Positions 36,971 to 49,945 of a DNA stretch of 64,000 nucleotides are shown one piece after another; position 1 is the stretch's first letter, and the number at the start of each line of letters is the position of its first letter. Source of the DNA: Octopus sinensis (Eukaryota); contig NC_043021.1 in assembly GCF_006345805.1 (NCBI RefSeq), positions 11,284,001 to 11,348,000 on the forward strand, read 5' to 3'. The position numbers were made by a program, and so were the translations under genes. The notes beneath the pieces are model-generated. The model was not told the origin of the DNA and did not search any database. It was given only the letters and a program-made list of their open reading frames with translations.

Positions 36971-37345
36971 TCTTTATATATAAAAGTGAGATTTAGATTC
37001 CTAACTACTCCCACATTTTGCGGTGCAGTTTAACCAAAACCGGGTATCTTATAGTCGTGATTCATATCGAGCCCTTCTGGGTATTAGCGCGCGTCTACGA
37101 TGAGTCTACGATTTAAAAAAAAATTTACCATCAATTTTTTCCATTTTTAATGCATTTTTGGCATATATAAGGGAAGTAACTCTCTAAAAATTTATTATTA
37201 AATCTCAGAACGTAAAAAGCTACAGTAACACCCCCCCCCCTTTGTTGTTAGCCATATTGAGATGGCTATTATACTTTACATCTCTAAAAATGCTTATATA
37301 GTTATTTCCCTTACAAACCCGAGCAACGCCGGGCGATACTGCTAG
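36971..37345 (+). mobile_element. Non-autonomous Helitron
   Basis: A|TC 5' end (atctttatatataaaag), subterminal hairpin cccgagcaacgccggg, and CTAG|T 3' end. Confidence 0.75.
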
Positions 37346-37530
37346 TAGGAAATAACACTTACTGACCAAAGACAAAAAAAAAAATTAAATTTTGTTACAG
37401 AGTTTTATAATTTCATTAAGAGTTTCGTTATCATTCTCATCACCACATAATCACTGTCATCATTGTCACCATCCGTATTAACATCATCCCCACCAGCTGG
37501 CAAAAATTGTAACAATGCAGGCATGGCGCA

Positions 37531-37922
37531 GGAGTGGCTGTGTGGTAAGTAGCTTGTTTACCAACCACATGGTTCCGGGTTCAGTCCCACTGTGTGGCAC
37601 CTCGGGCAAGTGTCTTCTACTATAGCCTCGGGCCGACCAAAGCCTTGTGAGTGGATTTGGTAGACGGAAACTTAAAGAAGCCCGTCGTATATATGTATAT
37701 ATATATATGTATGCGTGTGTTTGTGTGTCTGTGTTTGTCCCCCTAGCATTGCTTGACAACCGATGCTGGTGTGTTTATGTCCCCGTCACTTAGCGGTTCG
37801 ACAAAAGAGACCGATAGAATAAGTACTGGGCTTACAAAAGAATAAGTCCTGGGATTGAGTTGCTCGATTAAAGGCGGTGCTCCAGCATGGCCACAGTCAA
37901 ATGACTGAAACAAGTAAAAGAG
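37531..37922 (+). mobile_element. tRNA-derived SINE family A, full copy. Others at about 19-419, 26870-27235, 39175-39536, 42245-42600, 46260-46550, 47360-47740, 51385-51730, 52012-52425, 55455-55820
   Basis: A-box-like tggctgtgtgg, B-box-like ggttcagtccc, internal (TA/TG)n, and tail ccagcatggccncagtcaaatgactgaaacaagtaaaagag; more than 10 near-identical copies in both orientations. Confidence 0.9.
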
Positions 37923-38139
37923 TATGGCTAAGTGGTTAAAAAGCTTGCTATACAACCACACGGTTCTGTGTTCGGTCACATAGCCCGAAATTTTTGGGGG
38001 AAGAGGCCAGTCGATTAGATCGATCCCAGTATGCAACTGGTACTTAATTTATCGACCCTGAAAGGACGAAAAGCAACACCACCAAAGAATACCTGTATAT
38101 ATTACCACAACCTTCATAAATGTCCAGTTTAATACTTAC

Positions 38140-38253
38140 CTTAGAATAACTGTAGTGAGATTCCAGAGTCAAGGGTAGGGGCCTCTGAAACAGACGGGGC
38201 AATGTGTATTGCCTGGAAACAATGTGGTACCATCGCAGAGCAGGAAGCTTCAT
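38140..38253 (-). CDS. GATC: GATC coding exon 1 (putative mitochondrial targeting peptide)
   Basis: MKLPALRWYHIVSRQYTLPRLFQRPLPLTLESHYSYSK is Arg/Leu/Ser-rich with one acidic residue. Donor AAG|gtaagt, phase 0; upstream acceptor at 38330-38331. Confidence 0.7.
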
Positions 38254-38643
38254 TTAGGTAGCAGATAATTAAAGTTCCGCAGGATTTATGTATCTGTGTC
38301 TTGTCTTTATTGATTTATCTTTATTTCTTCTGTAAATAAAAGGACAAGATGGAGATAAGAATCTAAGATAGAATGAAGAATGAATAATTATTATTGGTTG
38401 CTGATAAGGGAGAGGAAAGCCGTTTATTTGGGAATTGTGTGTGTGTGTCTAGGTTTGTTCTTTTATTATATGCTACGTTATTATAAAGCATGCCTATACA
38501 ACTGTACCCCACCCGGCGATGCTTCGGTATAGATACATACGTGACTTTGTTTACATTTCTGAAGAAAACAGAAACCCTTTTCTCCTCCTCCCCCCATATA
38601 AAAATCACTTTCTTGAAATGTATCCGGTATTTCCGGTACTTAC

Positions 38644-38760
38644 ACCGGTACATATACCGAAGGTTCGCCAAAGAGATAGGTGTTCATCTAGCGATTTGTG
38701 TCGGAATTAAGAATAAGAAGAAAATACAGCTTAGGGTTTCAAAATAATTAAAAGACATAT
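38644..38760 (-). other. GATC: Putative non-coding 5' UTR exon of GATC (5' boundary approximate)
   Basis: Minus-strand donor GGT|gtaagt at 38643 lies in a CCGG-rich unique stretch. A matching acceptor (tccttttatttacag) sits 76 nt before the ATG. Confidence 0.45.
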
Positions 38761-40795
38761 GTCTTTTACTTTTCGAATTTTGGGGAACTTTCTGGTGTAA
38801 TGTTTTAATAAGGGGCCTCCAAACTTTATCAAGTTTCAGGCATCACCGGCTTCGTTACCAGCTCTGTCGAAATGACAGAAAATTAAGACAAGCAAAATCA
38901 TACAAAACCGGACAAATTATCCGGCAAGATGGGACGGAAGTGGTTAGGATTTCTCGATTTACTTATTATATGGAAACAGTCTAAATATATAATTAAAATA
39001 TAAAATATACTATGAAAAAAAATGCTAAATTGTATTTAACAGATTCAAATTAAAACATTTCTAAAGCAGGGTCTGTCTGATATTTATTGATCCACTTCTG
39101 TCCTTGTTTGTCCCCTTGTGGGCAGTAAAGAAATATATTAATCCACTTAAAAGTCTTAAAATATATCATAATGTTGTGTGGTAAGTAGCTTGTTTACCAA
39201 CCACATGGTTCCGGGTTCAGTCCCACTGTGTGGCACCTTGGGCAAGTGTCTTCTACTATAGCCTCGGGCCGACCAAAGCCTTGTGAGTGGATTTGGTAGA
39301 CGGAAACTGAAAGAAGCCCGTCGTATATATGTATGTTTGTGTGTCTGTGTTTGTCCCCCTAGCATTGCTTGACAACCAATGCTGGTGTGTTTATGTCCCC
39401 GTCACTTAGCGGTTCGGCAAAAGAGACCGATAGAATAAGTACTGGGCTTACAAAGAATAAGTCCCGGGGTCGAGTTGCTCGATTAAAGGCGGTGCACCAG
39501 CATGGCCGCAGTCAAAATGACTGAAACAAGTAAAAGCGAGAGAGATACATACAGTGTAATGTTTATAAGACAAAAATTTAAAATGATTAACCAAACAAAT
39601 GTAGGTGTGCTAATTAAATGAAGAAAAGCAAAGGCCATGATTTTATTTAAAAGGTACGGCTACAAATTAATACAATTCTAAAGAAGAGCATGTTAGATCC
39701 CCAAACTATTTTATATGGATTGATAAAGCTTAAAGCTTTATCAATCCACATAAAATAGTTTGGGGATCTTTTCCTTTTGATGGACGGAATTTCTAGAAAA
39801 GATCCTAGTTTTGTCCTTTAATAAAACTATTTTTAACACTACATGCAAATCAAATTAACCGACTTCTTTACGGTATTCCCGGATTTCTAGAAGCCGGATA
39901 AGAAGCCCGGTACTATATAAAAGATAGAATGACAACCAAAAGCACACACACACCTACTTGCAAAATTATATAATGAATAGCACAGTTTTTTCTTCCGTTT
40001 CGGTCAAATTCCTTCTTTCTTGCAGCCTATCGAGAAACTACTACAAGGCATTCTCTTGTTCTATTATAAATTCCACTTGAAACGTCTCAATTGCCCTTGA
40101 AAAAGGCATGAACACCTCATATTTTGTCCTTATTCCCCCTTTTACCTTAAAGCATTACGACCGTATATCCGTATTCACGTGTGTGTATGCGTGTGTATAG
40201 AAACATGTGCGTGATTGAGAGTGTTCATTCAAGTGTGTGTGTGTATGTATATATGTGTATCTAAGCATCTGTGCACGCGATTTTATATGTGTTTATGTAT
40301 TCACACGCGTAAGTAACTGTATGTATGTAATGACATGTACGTCTATAAGATCTTATGTGTATGCGTGTATGTATCAAAGCGCATGTGCGTGTATGTATAT
40401 ATGCGTGCATATATGTATGCTCAAAAGTATATATATATACACATATTCATTTATATATGTGTATATAGGTATAGATTACAGATTCTAATTAATAAATGGT
40501 ATCTAGGTAGTCGAAACATCGCCTATATATATATATATACATTTAGGATCTTTATAAATTTTTTCCAAACACAAAGTATTTCAAATTTATTTATTTGTAT
40601 ATGTATGTTTATATATATATATATGTGTGTGTGGATGTACACATACTTGTGTGCGTATGTGTGTCTCTGTATTAGTAAGTGTGTGTCAGTCCCTGTACCC
40701 CCCTCTCTCCCTCCGTACACGTGCTAAAAAGCCCGTGTTCATTTATGTGGCGCAGTGCTACAAGGTCTCCACCAGGTTGTGATCAGTTAACGAAC

Positions 40796-40939
40796 ATGGA
40801 CAGTATCGCCGAGGAGTGTAACTCTCTCAAGAAATTCTACGATGACTGCTTTAATAAGTGGTTCTCAGAGAAATTCCTTAAAGGAGAAATGGACGAAGCC
40901 TGTACCCCGATGTTCAAGGCCTACCAGACGTGTATCACA
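40796..40939 (+). CDS. TRIAP1: TRIAP1/Mdm35 exon 1
   Basis: [48 protein letters not shown] has twin CX9C motifs and the YDxCFNxWFxEKFLKG signature; donor ACA|gtatgg. Confidence 0.95.
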
Positions 40940-43900
40940 GTATGGGGTCTTTTATTTCTTTCTGTTGCAGTCTTCGTTACACTTTTGACGATTTGTTACA
41001 GTGTGTGACACTGTTTGTAACTAGAGACATATATGTGTGTGTATCTTTATGTATCTGTGATTATATGTATGTTCATATATATGTGTGCATGTGTTTGTGT
41101 ATATAGATGTGTATCTGTGTTTGTGTATATAGATGTGTATCTGTGTTTGTATATCGTCCTGTGCATGTGACAGTAATGTTATATATGATCCTATATATGT
41201 GTGTCTGGATGCATACATATATGTATTTTTGTATATGTGTCTACGTTATTTGTGCGTGTGACAGTGTAATGTTATATTTTGTGCGTGTGTGTGTATAGCC
41301 ATGTGTTTTGGTATTTATTTATGTATGTATATTAGTATGTATACATCTATCTTTCTCCCTCCCTGTTCGTTCTATGGTGCTTGTATTGATTACTCTTCCA
41401 GTAGGCCGATACCCTTAGGGACTATATTAATACCCGTACTACTAATTGTTACTTAATCCAAGTCAGCTCTAATCACACAGATAGATATAGCCCTGTGACC
41501 AAAAAAGGTGTTCCGATCGTGATCACCTCAGATTTTATTTTGCCTTAATATTTCTAGATCTGCATTGTCCAACATGTCCTTTCTCTATTAAGAAGGATGG
41601 AATGTAATTTGAAGGATATTTGGCTGTTATTTCGACCGGATCGAGCAACTATATAGAAATAACAGTGGAGATGGTTGTAGGAAAGTGGCGTAACTGTCTG
41701 GACGGTAAGCTTTGCTGGGGTGTCACCGTTTTTCCTTTAAATTTGTCGTGTGTGAGGCAGTTTCACCAAATGAAAAACAAAACTAGCAATCCGTCGGTTG
41801 CGACCACGATGGTTCCAGCTGAACCGATCAACGGAATAGCCTGCTCGTGAAATTAACGTGCAAGTGGCCGACCACTCCACCGGTACGTGTACCCTTTACG
41901 TAGTTCTCAGGAAGATTCAGCGTGACACAAAGTGTGACGAGTCTGGCCCTTTGAAATACAGGTTCTACTCTTTTTTGCCAGCTGAGTGGATGGACTGGAG
42001 CAACGTGAAATGAAGCGTTTTGAGAATCGAACTCGCGACCTTACGATAATGATTCGAATACCGACCACTAAGCTACGTGCCTTTGATTTCATGGTATAGC
42101 CAAACACTGCCGTGTTTACTCATAATAATTTCTTTACTTTTCTTCGTATCCGCAATCAGTTGACTGGTCAGAACTATCTATGGAACTTATAATCATTTAA
42201 AATATCCCTATTCACTTACAAACACACAAAAACAAATTCTCCTTAGGTTCCGGGTTCAGTCCCACTGCAGAGCACCTTGGGCCAGTATCTTCTACTATAG
42301 CACCGGGCCGACCAAAGCCTTGTGAGTGGATTTGGTAGACGGAAACTGAAAGAAGCACGTCGTATATATGTATATATATATCTATGTATGTATGTGTTTG
42401 TGTGTCTGTGTTTGTTCCCCCCAACATCGCTTGACAACCGATGCTGGTGTGTTTACATCCCCGTAACTTAGCGGTTCGGCAAGAGAGACCGATAGAATGA
42501 GTACTGGGCTTACAAAGAATAAGTCCCGGGGTCGATTTGATCGGTTAAAGGCAGTGCTCCAGCATGGCTGCAGTCAAATGACCGAAACAAGTAAAAGAGT
42601 AAAGGGAGTATATATATATATATATTCACACACACATTTAGGCCTTGTGCCTATATGTACTATAGGCACAAGGCTTGAGAGTTTGTGGGGTGGCAGTACT
42701 GTCTTAAGGTTTAGGCCCGGGGACCTCATGGATAACTGGGCCTAATTCTGATCAATATATGATATAGGTTGTTGTTTATTCCTTCTCAAGCCATGCCTGG
42801 CTCATAAGGGCTGGTTTCCCGGTTTTATTGGTGTATAGGTTCCCCACCTGGATGGGACGCCAGTCCGTCGCAGGTGAGCTGCAAGATGCAGGAGGAAAGA
42901 GTGAGAGAAAGTTGTGGCGAAAGAGTCAGCAGAAATTTGCCATTACCTTCTGCTGGAGCCGCATGGAGTTTAGGTGTTTCGCTCATAAACACACACATCG
43001 CCTGGTCTGAGATTCGAACCCGTGATCTCTCAACCATGAGTCCGCTGCTCTAACCATTAGGCCATGTGCCTCACATCGCCTGGTCTGAGATTCGAACCTG
43101 CAGTCTCTCAACCATTAGGCCATGTGCCTCCGAGCTGTCAATGAATAAATTCTAGCAGTTCCCCAGTACATTGATTTGCCCAACAACTATAATACTCAGA
43201 TTGTAAACACAGACGAAATGCCATACTCAGATTGTAAACACAGACGAAATGCCACTAAGCATTTTGCCTGGTATTCTAAAGATTCTCTCAGCTCACCAAC
43301 TTAATCCAGCTCATACCAATATTAAGATGTCAAGGCTGCACGAGGCTCCAATCTGATCTGATAAGGTTTCTACAGCTGGATACCCTTCCTAATGCCAACC
43401 ACTCAATCTAGTGGGTGCTTTTTACGTGCCACCGGCAAGGGAGCCAGTCAGAAGACACTGGTATTGACCACGTTCTGGTGGTGCTTTTTACATGCCATCA
43501 GCACTGGAGCCAGTCAGGGAGGCACTAGCATCGACCCACGCTCGAATATTGCTTATTACATTCCACCATATATATATAACAATTTAACAAATAAAACATA
43601 TGCATACATATATGTACATACCTACATCTATATGTATATATACATGCATATATATTTATATATATATATATATATATATGGGTACAGGACACCACAAATA
43701 AACGTAGAACGCAATGAGAAACGTAAACATAAAACCAAACAAGGAAACGAACTTTTTTTAACAACGATAAAACAGAGCACAAGACAAACAATACAAGGAA
43801 TATTCCCCTTCATCAGCTGCCCCTGGTTCGGCTCAATGCGTGTTTCGAATATATATATATACATATGATGGGCTTCTTTCAGTTTCTTATTTCTTTATTG

Positions 43901-44420
43901 CCCACAAGGGGCTAAACATAGAAGGGACAAACAAGGACAGACAAAAGGATTAAGTCGATTGCATTGACCCCAGTGCATAACTGGTGCTTTATTGATCCCG
44001 AAAGGATGAAAGGCAAAGTCGACCTCGGCGGAATTTGAACTCAGAACATAAAAACAGACGAAATACCACCAAGCATTTCACCTGGCATGCTAACATTTCT
44101 GCCTGCTCGCCACCATTTTTGTCTACCAAATCCACTCACAAGACTTTGGTCAGCCCAAGGCTATAGAAGAAGACATTTGCCCAAGATGCCACACAGTGGG
44201 ACTGAACCCAGAACCATATCATTGGGAAGCAAATTTCTTACCATGGAGCTACACCTGCACCTAATTGGTGATTTTAGTTCCCAAAAAATTTTTTGCAGTC
44301 GATTAAAGGCTTAAAACATTTTATTTACATATTTAATCACCACTTTTTGTTTTATTTAGATTTTGTTGACCCAAAAAAAAAAACTTTGTCTCTCATTTTC
44401 TCTTTCTTCTCTCTCTGCAG

Positions 44421-44516
44421 AAAGCCATCAAAGACAGAAAAATTGATATTGGTGAATTACAACAGGATGTTCTCGGAACTGAAAAAGAGAAACCCCCACC
44501 CCCACGCCGTGGATGA
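44421..44516 (+). CDS. TRIAP1: TRIAP1 exon 2 (not in the ORF track in this frame)
   Basis: ctctctctgcag|KAIKDRKIDIGELQQDVLGTEKEKPPPPRRG*; matches the KAIKEKxI C-terminus of TRIAP1. Confidence 0.92.
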   Translation, partial: KAIKDRKIDIGELQQDVLGTEKEKPPPPRRG

Positions 44517-44689
44517 CCAGAAGAAAAGAATTCCTGAAAAGCAGAACATTTTTTTCTAACAAGCAAAGTTGATATCATTATTACTATTATTATTATTATT
44601 ATTATTATAATTATGCTGTTCTGATGCATAACAGAATCAGTTGTGAACAAGAGAGAATGTCCACTGGTTGTTCCAACCGTTTATGTTCT

Positions 44690-45440
44690 GTGTTCAAAAC
44701 CCACCAAGGTCAAATTTGCCTGTCATCCCTCCAGGGTTGACAAAATAAAGTACCAGTCAAGTACTCTGAGGTTGTTGGAATCGACCAACCACGTCCCCTC
44801 AAAATTGCTGGCCTTGTGCCTAAACCAGAAACAATCATCATCATCATCATCATCACCATTATCATTATTATTATTATTATTATTATCCCGCCTAGGTCAA
44901 CTTTGCCTTTCATCCTTTTGGGGTCAATAAATCATGTACCAGTGAAACACTGGGGTCAATGCAATCAAATAGTCACCTCCCCCAAAATTTCAGGCCTTGT
45001 GCCTATAGCAGAAAGGATTATCATTATTATTATTATTATTATTATCCCACCTAGGTCAACTTTGCCTTTCATCCTTTCGGGGTCAGTAAATTAAGTACCA
45101 GTGAAACACTGGGGGTCGATGTAATTGACTGGTCTCCTCCCCCAAAATTTCAGGCCTTGTGCCTTTAGTAGAAAGGATTATTATTATTATTATTATTATT
45201 ATTTATTGTCATTGTTGTGTAAAGCAGCAAGCTAGCAAAATCATTAGATCATTGGATAAAATGCTTAGCGCTAGTTCCTCTGACTCGTTATATTCCAAGT
45301 TCAAATTCCACTGAGGTCGACTTTGTTCTTCATCCTTTTGGGGGTCAATGAAATTACTACCAGTTACACCCTGGAGTTAATGAAATCGACTAGTCCCTCG
45401 CCCTCAAAATTTCAGGCCTTGTGCCTTTAGCAGGAAAAGG

Positions 45441-45487
<47 letters not shown>

Positions 45488-45712
45488 GGTGGTGTGCTGG
45501 CAGAATCGTTAGCACACCAGGCAAAATGCTTAGAAGCATTTCATTCATCCTTATGTTCTGAGTTCAAATTCCGCTGAGGTCGACTTTGCCTTTCATCCTT
45601 TTGGGGTTTGATAAAATAAGTACCAGTTGAACACTGGAGATTTGGGGTCGATGTAATCGATTCATCCCCCTTCACCAAAATTGCTGCCCCTGTGGCAAAA
45701 TTTGAAACTATT
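44690..45712 (+). repeat. Array of five SINE-B units or 3' halves separated by (TAT)n/(CAT)n
   Basis: The segment aggtcaactttgcctttcatcc...aatttcaggccttgtgcct..agaaaggattattatt repeats directly downstream of the TRIAP1 stop. Confidence 0.8.
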
Positions 45713-45744
45713 ATTATGAAAGTGGAAATAGGTGATAGAATTTT

Positions 45745-46190
45745 TTTTTTTTTTTACCTGTAGTTTCAGCTCAGAGCTGCAGCCATGTTGATGTACCGCT
45801 CTTTTGCTACACTTTTATTACTGAGAGCCTCCTCCAATATGTGGCACTTGGTGAAGAATGGAGTTTGATATAGCTACCCTCATTTGCACCTCTTGCCGTG
45901 ATGTAAGTTCATCTGGGACTCTCGACAGGAAGAGGTCCAGCTTTGATTTAACAACCTCTACATCTACTTTGTGCAGGTTCCTCAGGCTCTTTGGGATAAT
46001 ATTAAAAAGCTGTGGGGCCCTTGAAACCCAGGCTGTTGCAGTAACTGGTCCTGAAGCGCGATGGCGTTGCTGGGATCTTTGGCACTATGCAGTGTCGTCC
46101 CGTTCTGGCATTGGTAAAAAATTCTTTGCGGTATTTAGTATAGTAAATTCAAATATTGCTTTCTTTGTCCATCCTACTTTGATGAAATAA
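45745..46190 (-). mobile_element. Second copy of the same CR1-group LINE 3' end
   Basis: Minus-strand translation RAPQLFNIIPKSLRNLHKVDVEVVKSKLDLFLSRVPDELTSRQEVQMR matches the element at 10306. Confidence 0.82.
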
Positions 46191-48631
46191 ATAGCAGATG
46201 TCTATTAGTGGCCATCACCACCAAACAGAGAAAAATTGATGCTTCATAGTGCCTGATAAAAATCCTAGTACTTATTCTATTGGTCCCTTTTGCTGAACCG
46301 CTAAGTTACGGGGACGTAAACACACCAGCATCAGTTGTCAAGCGGTGTTGGGGGGGTCCAAACACAGACACGCAAGCATACACATATATATACGACGGGC
46401 TTCTTTCAGTTTCTGTCTACCAAATCCACTCACAAGCTTTTTGGTTGGCCCGAGGCTATAGTAGAAGACACCTGCCTAAGGTGCCACGCAGTGGGTCTGA
46501 ACCCGGAACCATGTGCTTCGTCAGCAAGCTACTTACCGCATAGCCACTCCTATGCAGCACAAATCTATTTTATCTTCAAACTGGCCAGATCTGGCCTCTG
46601 CCATCTGTCCTATAATGTTGTTCTAAAAATAAGCAATCACATTATCAAAATCTCAAAGCTACAAGAGAATGCCTGACAAGTTTTAAAAAAATTTTAATAA
46701 ATAAGCATTGCATTTGACTATAATCTGGAAGCTAAAGGGGCTAATGTAGTTCTCAGCGAGATTCGGTATGACACAGAATGGGACGAGGCTGGGCCCCTTT
46801 TGAATTACTGGTACTACTCATTTTTGCCAGCTGAGTGAACTGGAGCAACTTGAAATAAAGTGTCTTGCTCAAGGACACAAAGCGTCGCCAGGAATTGAAC
46901 TCACAACCTTGTGATCATGAGCTGAATGCCGTAATTACTAAGTCATCTGCAGACTGCAGTAATCAGTTAAAGAGAAATCAATTGAAGTATTTATTCTTTC
47001 TGTGCAGCCCGGTACTAAATGAGCCCTGGCTCAGTGGTCGGGGGCTCCTGAGCAAGAGGTCGTTATTGTTTGTTGATGGCAGTTCTGTGTCGCAGCTCCA
47101 TTAATTCTTGGTCATTGGAAAGAGTCATCTTCTTTCCCCCTTTTATAATCATCATCATCATCATCATCATAATGAAATGAGACAATTAGGTGCTGATGAC
47201 CAAAGCCTGGCTCACATTCAGCCTTTTTTTTTTTTTATGTGCTAGAGGTAAACACACATACAGAAATATACAAATGGAGTGAGCGAGAGAGAGACTATAT
47301 ATATATATATAAAACCATAATTAGATGCTTACACATATAAACAAAGACACACTGTTTTACTCTTTTATTTGTTTCAGTCATTTGACTGCGACCATGCTGG
47401 AGCACCACCTTTAATCGAGCAACTCGACCCCGGGACTTATTCTTTGTAAGCCCAGTACTTATTCTACCGATCTCTTTTGCCGAACCGCTAAGTGACGGGG
47501 ACATAAGCACACCAGCATCGGTTGTCAAGCAATGATAGGGGGACAAACACAAACACACGCACACATATATATACATATATACGACGGGCTTCTTTCAGTT
47601 TTCGTCTACCAAATCCACTCACAAAGCTTTGGTCGGCCCGGAGCTATAGCAGAAGACACTTGCCCAAGATGCCACGCAGCGGGACTGAACCCGGAACCAT
47701 GTGGTTGGTAAGCAAGCTACTTACCACACAGCCACTCCTGCACGTTAATTTATTAAATGAACACAACTGACGAACGGTTACCTATGCTCACATACACAGA
47801 AGCAGAGATTGACATTATAATTTATTAATTGGACACGACTGACATTTTCCCTTTCCTCATACGCACAAAGAGAAATATACTCACAGGTAGACATAGAACG
47901 AGAGAAGTATTCAAATGTTTGATATGAAATCAATGAACATCGAATCAGTCGTGCCGAATAAATGGCACCAAAATGCCTCCTCCCACCTTCATAATAATGG
48001 TTACTGTATTAAAATATTCTTCAATGCTCATTCCTCCTTCCTGAAATCTCTTTGACTGTCTGCAGGGACATTTATATGTGTTTTTGTTGTAAATAAACAA
48101 TTATTTGGATTCTTTTCTTCCTCTGTTTGGCTTCCATTTTTTTCTATATCACCTTTTATCGACGAGCTGGCAGAAACGTTAGCATGCCGGGTGAAATGCT
48201 GAGCGGTATTTCGTCTGTCTTTACGTTCTGAGTTCAAATTCTGCTGAGGTCGACTTTGCCTTTCATCCTTTCGGGGTCGATAAATAAAGTACCAGTTTCG
48301 CACTGGAGTCGATGTAATCGACTTAATCCCTTGGTCTGTCCTTGTTTGTCCCCTCTATGTTTAGCCCCTTGTGGGTAGTAAAGAAATATCTATCACCTTT
48401 TATCATCATCATCATCATCGTTGTTTGACGTCCATTTTCCATGCTGGCATGGGTTGGACAGTTTGACTGAGAACTGGTAAGCCAGGGAGCTGCGCCAGGT
48501 TCCAATCCGATTTGGTAGTGTTTCTACAGCTGGATGCCCTTCCTAACGCCAACCACTCAGAGTATAGTGGGTGCTTTTTACATGCCAGCGGTATGAGTAC
48601 CATTGATGCGACACTAGTATCAGACATGACC

Positions 48632-49050
48632 ATGATCTCACTTGGCTCGATAGATCTGCACAGGGACAGTATATCACCAAGGGTTTTGGTCACCCGTCAC
48701 TCCCACAATGTGGCCCATCACTCAAATCGTGCCTTTTACATGCCACTCACACAACAACTATGATTTCACTTGGCTCGACAGGGATGGTATATCACCAAGG
48801 GTCTTGGTCACCTGTCACTGCCACCATGTAGCCCATCACTCGAATCGTGCCTTTTACATGCCACTCACACAACGACTATGATCTTACTTGGCTCGACAGG
48901 TTTGCACAGGGACGGTATATCACCAAGGGTCTTGGTCACCCGTCACTCCCATAATGTGGCCCATCACTCGATCGTGCCTTTTACATGCCACTCACACAAC
49001 GACTATGATTTCACTTGGTTTGACAGGTCTTCTGAAGTACAACATATCAC
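48632..49050. repeat. Minisatellite, about 3.4 units of 117-128 bp, derived from the RTE 3' end
   Basis: Unit atgatntcacttggctcga..tatatcaccaagggtcttggtcacc..cccatcactcg..gccttttacatgccactcacacaacgact; its reverse complement resembles 5170-5260. Confidence 0.8.
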
Positions 49051-49792
49051 CCACCGTTTTATGCACCAGTTCCACAACACTGACATCAGCCACGACTAGA
49101 ATCTCACTTAATTTGAGATGGTTTATTCACTCAAGCTACCATTCTTGCTGTATAGCCTTCGGTTAGCTTTGAACCAGCAGACCCATGATGATCAAGGGCA
49201 TTCCAGCCATGACCATTCTTACTTTATTTCATGTGCATGGAATCCAGTACCATATTATCACCGTGTACTTTTCTTAGACACTAAAGTATGGCTTGAGGGA
49301 GACTTTGGTTGCTATTTCTAGTAAATTATGTGACCAGGTAGAGTCTTCTTTGTTGGCCTGGTTTGAAAGACAAGCTACAAGGCAGTTCTTACTGGTTTTA
49401 GAGTTGGATACTAACCAATCCTTTACATGGTCACTTAACATGCTAAAAACAGCAGCCAAATCTCCATCGAAGAACATACCAGCATCTTAGGTAAGGACTC
49501 AGTTTACTCATTCTTATCTCTCACTTCAAAAACAAACAAAAAAAAGGCAGGATGGTCACTATAAGAATGCTTTTAATCAAAGATCTACATGACCTGTGGT
49601 TAACAGCCATTCAGTCATATAGGAGAGAGAAGGGAGGTAACTACATCTATCCTCGTTGATCGGGGTAAACACGTAACAGTGGAAGCTTCACTGCTGTGAG
49701 CTATGAGTTTGGTCTCAATAAATCTACCATTCATACCAATATGAAGGCACCTGATCCTAATAAATGACAGATAAATGCATTCATATTATTTA

Positions 49793-49945
49793 CATTTGAC
49801 GCATATTTGTCCTTATCTTGTTTGTTGTTAACACACCGTTTCGGTTGATGAAGGCTGGAGGGTGTATCAGCCGAAACGTTGTGTTAACAACAAATAAGAT
49901 GAGGATAGATATCCATCAAATGTACATAATTCCTCATCTCTTAAA
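49793..49945. mobile_element. Fold-back copy of the same Penelope-like repeat
   Basis: Palindrome ...ttgttaacaca ccgtttcggttgat / atcagccgaaacgt tgtgttaacaac...; the right arm keeps GGCTG-CAGCC-GAAACGTT-GTGTT. Confidence 0.6.

Noticed and set aside
43795-43852. Fifth hammerhead (minus strand CGAAAC...CAGCTGATGAAGGGG)
   Set aside because: The core halves are present in permuted order, but I could not build convincing stems I-III; at most a PLE relic.
44514-44537. TGA read-through or selenocysteine extension of TRIAP1 (PEEKNS)
   Set aside because: The KEKP motif already aligns before the stop; no SECIS or read-through context is visible.
48632-49050. Regularly spaced repeats suggestive of a CRISPR array
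   Set aside because: Eukaryotic context, whole units repeat without unique spacers, there are no cas genes, and the unit derives from RTE.
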